Shown: one piece after another, positions 27,099-39,952 of the stretch
Layout of the letters: each line of letters opens with the position of its first letter
How positions within the stretch are numbered: the stretch's first letter is position 1
Source of the DNA: Chrysomallon squamiferum
Taxonomy: Eukaryota > Animalia > Mollusca
Assembly: GCA_012295275.1 (NCBI GenBank)
Contig: CM022665.1
Span: forward strand, 13,082,001-13,146,000
Reading direction: 5' to 3'
Length of the DNA stretch: 64,000 nt
The notes under the pieces: model-generated
Told to the model about the DNA's origin: nothing
The model's input: the letters and a program-made list of their open reading frames with translations, nothing else
The model's database searches: none
Position numbers and translations under genes: made by a program

Positions 27099-30000
27099 CT
27101 TTTAGTCTTCTTCTTCTTCTTCTTCTTATTCTTATTATTATTATTTTATTGTATTTTTATTTTTTACATTTTTATTTATTTATTTATTTATTTATTAGTG
27201 ACATAATCTATACAGAATACAATTATCATTAAAAATATTGTCCAAAACAGCAATTACATATTATTCATACATTAATTTAAATGTATAAATTTAGGTATTA
27301 TAAAATCTAAATATATGATAAAACATATCACATAACAAAAATGTATTTTCAGCAGACTAAATTAACAAATAATATGCATCTGAAGTTTAAAAAAAAATAA
27401 TAATAATAATAAAACTTTAACATAATAAAAGTAATTAAAAAACAAACAATACAAACAACAACCCAAATATTTATAAAAATAAAACATGTAAATTACTAAA
27501 AAAATAGATACATACATACATACATAAATAAATAAATAAATAAATATAAATAAAACTTCTTAAAAAAATAGAGAAAGTTATAAAAAATAAAAAAAGAAAG
27601 GGATAAAATATTCTACATCAAAAATAAAACCACAATAATAATAATTTTTCAAAATTTAGCATTAAAATAACAATTTCAGGCACACAAACGTTATTAATAT
27701 TAATATTTAGTGCATTCTAAAATTTTCTAAATTTTTTTTAAAAGCTTGACCCAGCAAAAGCACCATATAATTACAACTGCAACCAACTATTTGCATTTTA
27801 ATTGCATTATTTCAATTGCTGTGTAAAGAACAGTAATAACAGTAACAATAAATAATAATAAATAACTAATAATAATAATAATTAATAAATAAATAAATAA
27901 TTAAATATATGAATAAAACAAATAAATGAAAATATAATTATAAGTAACTTTAAAAAAAAATGAAAATGTTAATATATTTATATAATTAATAAGTAAATTG
28001 CCTTCACAAATTAAACACATTTCATGCAATTTACTGTAGACTTAAATATACAAATTTGTATGTATATCAAAGTAGGCATAATTTGATTGGTTAACTTTTC
28101 CCATCACTGAAAAAATAACTGTGAAGTTTACATAATACAGTTTATGTACAAGGTTTATTTCTCTGTTTTGAAAAATAAGTGCATTTTTTAATATTAGTAA
28201 AACACAATTAAAAATTCACAAACTAATCTAAATTATTTCATTCCTGTAAGGATTTATGTTATTGAAAATTAAAAATCTAAATTATTTAACAGAAAGAAAA
28301 AAGTACACAAATAAATACTTTTCTGCATAAATAAAAAAAAATAAAAATAAAAATAAACATGCTGCTACAGAAACTGTAAGTGTATTTTTGTTATAAACAG
28401 ATAAAACACACACAAACACACACACAAAGGATGCCTTGAAAGTAACACACATTTTTGTTTATTTACTTTCATCGAACAACAAAATATATATAAAAAAATT
28501 TTATATACTCTAAGAAAGAATTTCTGTATTGTTCATAAAATAGATACATCATTACATAATATAAAACTTAAAAACATATAGAAATTTATAAAGTATAAAA
28601 GAATAAAAACAGAAATTAAAAAAAGGGTGTAATTTTCACTGAATGCTGTGGTATTCTTCATATTACATAATTCAAACTGACAGACATTAAAATACTGACT
28701 ACAACAATGAAGATGATATTACAGAGCTGGACAAATATCACAGTAAATGCTAAGCAGGCACATGCAATGGCTGCCTTATTTAATTTCTTTGACACGGTCT
28801 TTGTGAAGCTAGTTACAAGCCCAAACAAAATTAAGCAAATGTTTAACCCTTTTAGCACCACTGGATAAAATTAATAGCCAAAATCATTATAAAATATAAA
28901 CATAATACATTCTCACTGAAACTTTTCCTAATTCAATCTATGTAAATAATAGTCTGTTTGAATTTGGTTGAGAAATTCTAAATGAACCAATCAGAAAGAA
29001 GGATACATTTATACGCAAAAAAAAAAAAAAAAAAAAAAAAAAATGACAAAGCAGTTTTGATAATTTTTGTTATTTCTGGCACTAAGTATTTAGGCTAGGT
29101 GAGCTAAATGTTATTAAGTGGTAAAAGGGTTAAAAAGAAAAAGAGACTCAAACTGAAAGTTAACCCTAGTGTGAGTGACTCACCAGATCTGAGCTGACTG
29201 CAGTCTGAGTGGGGAAGAGGAGAAAATTAGTTCAGTCATGCGTAACGTGCATTTCACAACATGTAAATTAATCACAGTTCATAGAGAAAAATCAATGCTA
29301 ATAAGGAAAGATAGGAAAAAATGGTCACATGCATTAAACACAAAAGTTATTTCTGAAAAAAATATTTCTTAACTACAAGTGTTGAACATAATTATGTATA
29401 AACCCATGTGAGTAATATATTGTACATAAATAACTAAAAAATGTCTAAAAACAATAAATAAGTATGAATTTTGTTTTTAATAGCTGTAACGGTGGCAACC
29501 ATAGCATTATATATAATTATATATAATGACATTTAAATGAAAATTACAATATATAGTTATTTATAACATTTTAATAAACATAACATTATACATAATTATG
29601 TACACATTTTTCTTTTTTCTTTGTTTTTTCTGATGTTTCATTTGAATATCTTTTTAAGCTTTCAAGTGTAAACTCAAAATATAAATGTTCTTATTTTTTT
29701 TTTTTTCTTTCTTTTTTTATCATTTATTATTATTATTATTATTTATTTTAATTTTTTTTTTTTCACTTCACGAAGTACATAGTAATTTGAAATTACTGAT
29801 ATGTTTAATACAGTGACTGTTCTTATTTATCTTTATTCTTTATTTTTTTTTTTTTTTTTATTATTATTTTTTTTATTATATATATATATATATTATTTTT
29901 TTGTGCATAATTGAACAATAAGGTCAAAACAGTGCAGTAACTAAAAACAATAAAAATAAAAATAAACAATAATTTGTTTTAATAAAAATCAATATCAGAA

Positions 30001-33000
30001 TAACAAAATAACAAATAAACAAATAAACAATTAATTCTTGGTAATAAAAATTATATTTCTTTTTTCTTTCTCTGTTTTGTTTTGCTTGTTAAATTATAAA
30101 TTATTTAAAATCTCTAAAAATACATTAATGTAATTTGCCTTAATTCAGAAATATAAATGAATAAATAAACAGATAAATAATAATAAGAATAATGATAATA
30201 ATAATGCTGATGATAATAATAATAAGAACAAAAATAAAAAACATTATTAATGATAATCAACACTTAAAGTTTGCATGACACAGATATCTGGTTGGATGGT
30301 GAATGAAGAGATCAAATAAATAAAGTACATATTCTAATAACAAATTTAACAATGCAAGCATATTTAACTATTCTTGAGGATAGAGACAGCAGAAATCACA
30401 AATGAAAATCAAATTCTTATGTGACAATTAAATTTTTTTCATGAAATCAAAGAAATTTATTTAATGATTTATTACTTTTCAAACTCTTTTTATTTTTTCT
30501 TTCTTAAAAATGTCATTTAAATTTTTTATTTATTTATATTCAACTGTATGTTTGATTAGGTGTTTAATTATTTTAGTTTAATATATTTATTTCATTTCAT
30601 TTGTTTTAATTTTTGTTTTTTTCTAATCAAACAAGATTATGTCGAAGAAAATAATTTATTTGTTTATTTATATTTAATATCTATTTTAACTTGAGTTATT
30701 AATTTTTTTATCATGAAAGTAAAAATTTTAAAAATTTCAATTTCAACTACTTAATTTAAAAAATATATATGAAAATTATATAATTTAAATTTAAATTTAA
30801 CATTTTTAAAATAATTTATTAAATGCTGCAAAAGCAAAGTTGTAAAATAATCAGTTTTCAAACATTCAGTTCTAAAAAATGTCTAAAAACATAAATATGT
30901 AATGCTTAATATTTTATTTTGTATTAAACTTCAAAGTAAAGATGTTATTTGTTATTTAGTATAAATAATATTTATGTTTGATAAGTCATAAAAATAGTTT
31001 TAAATTTAAAAAATATTTACATACGTCAGGGTAAAGAGTATGAAATATACACAAATTTTCATACTTTTAATTCTAAAAAACAATTTCTAATTTTAAATCT
31101 TAATTGTAATATATTAATATGGAATTAAACATGAAAATAAAAATATATATACCAATTTTCAACCTTTTAATTCTAAAAAAAAAAATCATCTAAAACATCA
31201 TTTTTAATTACAAAAATGGAATCATACATTAAAGTAAAAAAAAAAAAAAATCCAACATTTTAATTCTAAAAACAAATATGTAAACAAAATCAATTTTTTA
31301 TTTTGATTATAACATTTATATTAAAGGAAAAAATAAAACATTAATTTTTAAAACATTTACCTAGGATTAAACATCATGAAAGGAAATGATGCAGAAGATC
31401 TGTGAGTGTCTGATGCAAACTCAGAAAGAGAATTTGAACTTCCCAGCTCATCCATAGTTCCATCTTGAAGACTCTGTTAAAATAAATATATTAAATTATT
31501 ATTTTTTATCTAAGCAAAAACATTGTAAATATGTTTTTTCAGTCAGCTTAATTATTAAGCTATGTTCAGATTTTCTGAATCATAAAGAAAATGTTCTTAA
31601 TTAAGTTATACAGAGATTTTTTTCAATTGTAATAAAGAAATATTTCTTAACTATTTATTTATGTACAGATTTTCTAAATTATAAAGAAACATTTCTTAAT
31701 TACAAAGTTTTACAGAAATTTATATAAATATTATGTTGTACAGTTTCTTTGTTCTTATTAGTTTTTTTTTAGTTTTTTCTGTTATTAAGTTTGAGAGATT
31801 TTGTTTTTAAATTAAGTTTGAGATTTTGTTTTTAAATTATTATATTGCATAGTTTCTCAATTATTAAAATATTTTTCTGCCAATGTATTTAGTAAACATT
31901 TTCTCAATTACTTTTTTTTAATGAAAGATTTTCAAAAAATTTGTCACAAATTCTTCCATTAATTATGTAAGTATTATGTTAAAATTGCATTACTACAAAA
32001 ATTTTAAATAATTATTATATTATTATATTAAATAATTTAATTTTAAATATTTTAAATATTATGATCCTTGTATTGTGTAATTAATTACTTCCATATGTGA
32101 AGTTACAACTGTCCATAATTTTTTTTCTTATTAATATTTTTAAATAATAATAATAATAATAATACATTTTTTAAAGACAAATATTTTTTTGTAATAAAAC
32201 ATAAAATAATAATTGGTTATGACTTCAACATTATAATTATAAAGAAAAGATATTTTGAAATAAATACAGCTAAGCATTATTTTTGTGCAAAGACTAGAGT
32301 ACTTTATAAATATATTAATAAATATGAATTTGTCTTTTAATTATGAAAAGAGATTCAAAATATTAGAAAATATTTTAGAAAACATCCAAATGTTTATTTT
32401 ATTTGTTTTATTTTCCAAAATGTATTTAACTGAACAAAATGATGATTTTAAATATTTATTTAAAATTAAATGAAGATAAATATATTTAATAAATAATAAT
32501 AATACTGATTCTTGAAAATAATCTAAATTCTTCAATACAATTTAAAAACAATATTTCAGTATTAAAAAACAAAAACAAATGTGTCAATAATAAACATAAT
32601 TTCTAAGTGAATAATAATCTACAAAGTAATTTTTTATTTATGTTACTTTTATTATATTTATATTTTATTTTGGGGATTTATTTTATTTTAAAATATTCTA
32701 AATAGTTATAGCATGCTTCAACCATAATATCTGTATTTGAATATGAACTATTGACATCCATAGTAGACAGTTTGTTACTGTATAAAGCAAATTAAATAAA
32801 ACAGAGAGAAAACAGTTACATAGTGAAAGGAATAATATCCTGGCATGTATATGTAATAAATAAATAACATTTTTTATCACAAACACAGTGGTATTGAATG
32901 CACTCATATAATTTTCATTTTTATTTTGTATTTATGTTTGTCTGTATGCAGTATGTATCTGTGTGTATGAGTTTGTGTGTCTGTGTATAAAATATTGTTC

Positions 33001-36000
33001 TCAACGAAAAATAAGAATAAAAAATTCCATTACCAAAAATATATTGTATTATTCTGAAGTCAAGGAAACGTTTTACTGATGTGTTGTTATTTAATAATAA
33101 TAATAATAATAATAATAAAACAAAAATATGAAAATAAAAAAGCCAGTGTAATAATATTAAAATTAATACACCCTTCCAACTACCAGACTAAGCCATTATA
33201 GTTATTTTGCCGATACACATATGATAATGATGATGATGATGATAATTATTATCAGAACTTGAACAAATATGAGAAACAAGAGTTATCTCCCATGACAAAA
33301 AGCAGACGTCATTAATGTTAGTAAGGACATGCAGATTCAGTCTGAGTTGATTAACTTACCCCAGCAAGTAGTAGCTGAAATTTGGTAAAGCAATTTTATA
33401 AATACTAAAAAGAAAAACATCACTGTGATTCATGCTAAGTAAAACAAAGCATTTTATTTTATTAAGAAAATGAAAAGGTAAAAAGAACTGTGGATTGGGA
33501 CTAAATAAAAAGAAGAAACTGAATAAATCTAATAAATTTAACAAAATTTAATTAATAATAATCAGTAATTTAATTTATTAATAACAATAAAAATATAAAT
33601 AAATAATATTTAATAAAATACATTTATATTAATAAATAAAAAAATAATGAAAAACAAAAACAAATTATCTAAAAAAATATTAATAATAAAATTATAAAAA
33701 TAAGTACTAATATTATGTTATTAATACTATAATAATAATAATAAATGCTTAAAAAATATTATTACCAAACATTCTTTCAAATTAACATGAAATCATACCA
33801 AAATGTGGCCAGAAAACAAAGCAATGAATTCTACTACTAAATTGAAAACATTCAAATTATGCATTAAAAAAGAAATGAAATGAAACAAACTAAATCATTT
33901 GGTGAAAAACAATTATAGGCAAAATATGATTTGTGGGGAAAAAAACATGCATTTCTAATTTATATAAAAAAGAAAAGAAGAAGTTTTTATAACATGCCAA
34001 AACTAGAGAAAAAATATATATTTTAAAGAAAATGCAAATACCAAAAGAAAGGATTTACTTAAAAATGTACTGTTAATATACCTTTCTATGTTCCCTGAGT
34101 CTGGCAGCCTCAGCTGGGTTATTGAAACGGAACAAGTGAGTTTTACCAAGTAAAATAGTATCTCCTGAAAAAAAAGAAGAGTTTTTCTAATTTTAAAACA
34201 AATATATTAAAAAATAAGCCAAGGAATTAATGATAGAGGTTAAAATAACAATGTCATTCATCTGGTGAAAATAGATTTTAAAATTTTAAAATATATTTTG
34301 TTTCTTTTTATTATTATTGTTATTTTTATTTTTTGTTTCTTCTTCTTCTTACTATTATTACTACTACTACTATTATTATTATTATTGAATTAAAATAATA
34401 ATGTGTTTTACTTGGTAAATCTATACTAAAAATATTAATTAATTTTCTTTTCCTTTTGTTGTTATTTAAATATATTATTTTTTTATTAACATTATTAATG
34501 TATTGTTTATTATATATTTACTTTATTTCTATCATTTTGTTGTGTTTTAGATGGATTTTCTTAAATTAATGTCTTTTTAAGTAAGCTTTACTTATTTATT
34601 AATTATTTAATTTTAATAAATATTTATGCAGTTATGTTTTTTATTCTGAAGGATGCTTTTTTTGTTTTTGTCTTTTTCAAATTTTTAAAACATTTCATAA
34701 TTTATAATTACTTTTTTCTAACTGCCAATAAATGAAAGTATTTATAAGAAATAAATTTTAAAAGATATCATTTTTAAAAATGTAATTGATCTTTAATTAC
34801 TGCAGTAATTTACTTTGTAATTTAATCCGTCAATTACCATTAGATAATTCTTGAAAATATGTTACTCATACAATTTTCCACAGGATTAGTCAGTTGTTTT
34901 ACCTTGAGTTAGTTTTGTTGGTTCTTTGATGTCAGCACCATTAATAGCCACCAGAGCTTTTGGATTGGGAATCAGAGTGACCACCCCTTTATAATTCTTC
35001 AGAGAACAATGATGTTTCTTTATATCTTGCCCACTCAGAACTGAAAACAGATGGAATATTTTAATAAAAAGAAAAATATAGTTTACTTGTGAATAATACA
35101 CAACAAAAGAAGAATATTCTTTTAGATTCATTTGTTTACAAGTAATAACAACTTTAACAAAAACAGCTACAACAACGGTAATAATCACCGTCATCTTTTC
35201 AGTGACATTTGTATTCCAAAGTAAATTAATAAAAATGTATCTATTTTAAAGTTAATAATAATAATATTAATAAATTAATCAACAAATTTATTTAATGCAG
35301 TTACCATAAATGTTAATAATTTCTCCTTAAATAGATACACAAAAAGAATATCAAATTAAACCAAATTAATTGTGTAAAAATAAAATAAAGTAATTCTTAG
35401 TACTAACTTATGTCTTGTTCATTGTGAGCATCTTCTCTGCCTATTTTCATCTTTCCTTCCTATAATACACACACAAAATGACAATCACATGAACAGACAA
35501 ATATGTATGTATACACACACACACACACACACAACACATTGATAAACACACAAACATGCATTCATAAACACAAATACACAACATTTATGTATACAAAAAT
35601 GGCTATACATTATGTACAAATAAACATCATCCCAAATACAGGCCTACAAACATACACACACATACACACACAAATACACACACACATACACACACTCACA
35701 TACAAATACACAAACATGTACAAATACAAACACCAATACACACACCAATACAGACACACATATACAGGAAGTAAAACATACTCTGATGTTGTATATTTTG
35801 ATGCCAGTACTGAGGATGTCATCGTCCATGCTGATGAGGTGAGGTAGTTGTGAGTCAATGATGACACCATGTGAGCTGGAGCGACGGGAACCACTGAGTC
35901 CACGGATACTCAAATCCGATTCCTGTAAGTGAAGTGAGACTTATTACAAAGATGTCATTGCTCAAAGAAAGCAGCTTATTTGAAATGTGTCTCTGTTCTG

Positions 36001-39000
36001 TGTATCTCACTATCCAACAACAGTCAAAAACTTTCAATAAAATTATTTACTTTTTAACAGGTGCCTGTGAATTGTATACATATATTTGTGTGTGCTATGT
36101 ATGCTGTGTATGTGTAATGTGTATATATATATATATATAGGTGTTGTGTTATGTAGATATGTTTGCTAGCATGAATTTATATATGTGTGTGTATGTGTGT
36201 GTGCATGTGTGTATTTCTCACCCTTATAACATTTTGAGTCTCACTCCATTTGTCTATCCAGCCTTGAGTCAACTGTAAATAGATCAATCAAATTTATAAA
36301 ACTATTCACATGTCCATTAGCATGATTTCTAAAAGTTATAACTTCCAACTGATATTTATTTAGATTTAAAAAAGTGAGAAAAAAAATATGATTCTTTTTT
36401 TTATTAAAACCAAATGCATTCATATAACAAGCTTTTGCCAAAAACATTGGGTGCCTTGAAGAAATGGATTAACTGATGGATAGCCTGATAAATGATTGGG
36501 AAAAAAAGCAGATGAGACAGCAAATGATAAAGAATAAAAAAGACAGAAAAAAGGATAAAGACCAAGCACAGATAAATCAAATAAAGAATGTGGATACTAA
36601 AATAATCAAAGGTTTAAGATTTATTTATCTGGTGAATGATCGAAGCCAATGAAGAAAGAGTTGTTAAAAAGAAAAATATTATTTTGTTTGAGAGAAGAAA
36701 AAAAAAACTGACCAGATTTTCATTTTCTTGTAGTTTCTCCAGTTTTTCCGTGAGAAGCTGGGGTGAGCCAAGACTCATAGAAAACATACTGCCTGCCTGT
36801 TAAAACAACGAAAAAAACATATTTCTGATAAAGAAATTTCATCTTTTTATAAAAGATGTTTCTATAATAAATTCTTTAACATAAGTACTGACAGATGTAA
36901 ATCAGTTTTTAAATTTAGTCTAAAAATAAAAATATATATTTTGGTTTTCTTTTAAATATTATTCATTTTTCATTTGTTGTTTTCATTTTTATTTTTTATC
37001 TTTTTTTTTATGTTTTGTATTTTCTTAAAAATATTTTCAGACTATTTAAATTTTTATCATTTATAATATCACAAAATTTAATCATCTGTTATTGTGATAA
37101 TTTTATTTTTCCATAAAGTTTGTGCATAAACCATAATAATAATAATAATAATGGTAATAATCATAACAATAATTTAAAAGCAATTCTGAAATAAAATAAA
37201 ATAAAATAAATACAGATGTTGTTGTGCAGATCTCTTAAATCCAGGATATTTTTATTTTGTAATTTTTTTTAATTATTTAATCTTAAATATCATTCATTGC
37301 ATATTTCCTGACTGTGTGAAATACATTTTGGCAATGGCAAAAAAAAAAATATATATTTGTATTAATTTTTTAATATAATTATTTTTATCCTTATAAATCT
37401 ATACTGTAACTTAAAGTTTGCATAATAATGTATAAAAACAAAATAACAAATAAGGATTCTACATGTAAAGATTATTATAATTATATACAACTCAGTTATT
37501 GGAAAATAAACAAATACATTCTATGTATGTTAGTAGTTACATAACTGTATACAGTCTATATATATAAAGAGCACTCACATGCAAGAACATGCATTATGCA
37601 AATTAGTATTATAATTATTTACTTTTTAAACATCATTTACACTGCATCATAAGTATAGCGTGAGACCCTCACTGATTTGTTATCAAGTAATATGATATGA
37701 CTGATAACAAATCAGTGATATGCTGAGAATACAGAATTAAATTTAAAAAGAAAAGATATGATACCTCAGTATAGAAACAAATAATGGAAAGAATCAAGGG
37801 CATATAAACACTGTTTCCACAGCAACAGAGTTTCTTCTCTCAAACATCTTCATTATTTAAGGTAATATAAACTAATCAGAAACTGGAACTTGGTTGACAT
37901 ATATATATAATGTGAGAAAAATAATACTAATACAAAAGCATGACATGAAGATTTTGGATTATAATTATGTTATCAAGAACATGTATTTAAAATCATACAG
38001 TGTGCAAAGATTATTGATTAAACATTAAGAATCAGATTTCCTAAAGGGAGGCAATCAACCTTATGACAACTGATTACATTCTCTGAGGGTTTATGCAAGC
38101 AAGCAATGGACATAGGTGTAAAAAAAAATATTTTTTGTTAGGTATATGTACAGATTACTTAACTGAACATGCAATGCAGGAATAATTGTATTAGTCTCTC
38201 TGTTTTTCTCTATTACTGATATGGTCATTGTTAGTAATTTGATATTATTTCAAGACATATTATCCATAGATACAGTCATATCATCTCAAAAATATAGTAT
38301 CTACAGAATCTATTAGTCATGTTATTTTATCTAGAGAAACAAATACATTATCCACAGGGACACTGTTAGTGTTGTTTCATTTTCTAGAGAAATTGTTAGT
38401 ACTGTTATTACCAGAAAAACCTTGTGTTTTTATTTCTAGAAAACCTAGTGTTATTATTTGTAGAGAACATTAAGTTGTTATTTCTATAATACCCAGTATT
38501 ATTACTTCTAAAGACCTTATTAATTTTGTTATTTAAAGACGATGTTATTTTTGTTATTTCTAGGTACTATGCAAATATTATAATTTCTAGAGATATAGTG
38601 TTACTATTTCTGGAGACTTTAGTTACTTAGGTTACTTCTAGACACACTGTTATTGTTGTAATTTCTAGATACTATGTTAGTGTTATTACTTCTAGAGACA
38701 TCTAGTGTTATTATTTCGAGATACCATGTTAATATTATTATTTCTAGAGACACTGTTACTGTTGTTATTTCTAGATTCCATTTTACTATTATTTTTTTCT
38801 AGAAACACTATTACTGCTATTATTTCTTGCTACTGTTAGTATTATTATTTCTAAAAACACTGTCACTGTCATAATTTCTATGACAATGTTAGTACTGTTG
38901 TTTCCAGAGATACCTCTGGTAATTATTTCCATAAATATCCTGTTAATGTTATTATTTCTAAAAATACCATTATTTTACAGACATGCTGTTATATCTATAT

Positions 39001-39914
39001 ACAGTTAGACATGCGAAGTACCTGGTCATCTGAACTATCATGCATGTCATCACTCAACTCATGCCTGTCTTTGTGATAGGGAATCAGATACAACAAGTCA
39101 TTAATAGAGCCAGTTTGCTGAAAGAGGAAAAATCAACACAAATCTAGTGAATATTCTAGCAAAATGAAACATTTGTCCAGATGGTGGGGTTTTTTGGTTA
39201 TGTGTGAACAAATATGACATATTGTGTATTTCTTTATTGAGATATAACAATATGGGGTTTGTTGATTATTTTATCATTTAGGATAAATATACTCACACAA
39301 ACTAACTTTTATAATTAAGAATAAATGCACTTAAGTGAACTAAGTACATATGTTATAAACATGATTTTAAATTTACAAAAACATATATGTGCATAGACAT
39401 GCAGGTAATGGACACTCAGTCCAACAAATATAAAACATTCAAAAGTCAAACAATCATACTTTCACTAAAATTGTTAAAATTTATCACATCTATCAAAAAA
39501 CAGATTCACAAAAAGTAAGAATTAAATAGAGCCCCTAATAATATATTGAACATAAATTTATTCAGAACATTTTTCTGATTTATATTTAAGTATGAGCACA
39601 ATTAGTTTGGTAATATTTATGATAATTTATTTTTTAAATATATTAATAATACATTTTTAAAATGAACATTTTAATCATCATCATCATTATTATTATATAA
39701 AATTTTAAAATTAATCATTTCATTATTATTAAAATTCACCAATATATTGGTAATAATACATGAATTTTAATAATAATGAAAGAATTAATATTAAACTTTT
39801 TAATAATAATAATAATTATAATAATGAAAATTTTGATTTTAAAAATTATAAATAATTTAATAATAATTTTAATAATAATACACCTAATATAAATAATAAG
39901 TAAATTCATTTAAA

Positions 39915-39952
<38 letters not shown>

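Noticed and set aside
36273-36712. Hidden ~9-nt exon to supply residues apparently missing between ENENL and LTQGW relative to KIF16B
   Set aside because: No convincing AG-9nt-GT found; direct splicing is in frame, and the comparison is from memory.
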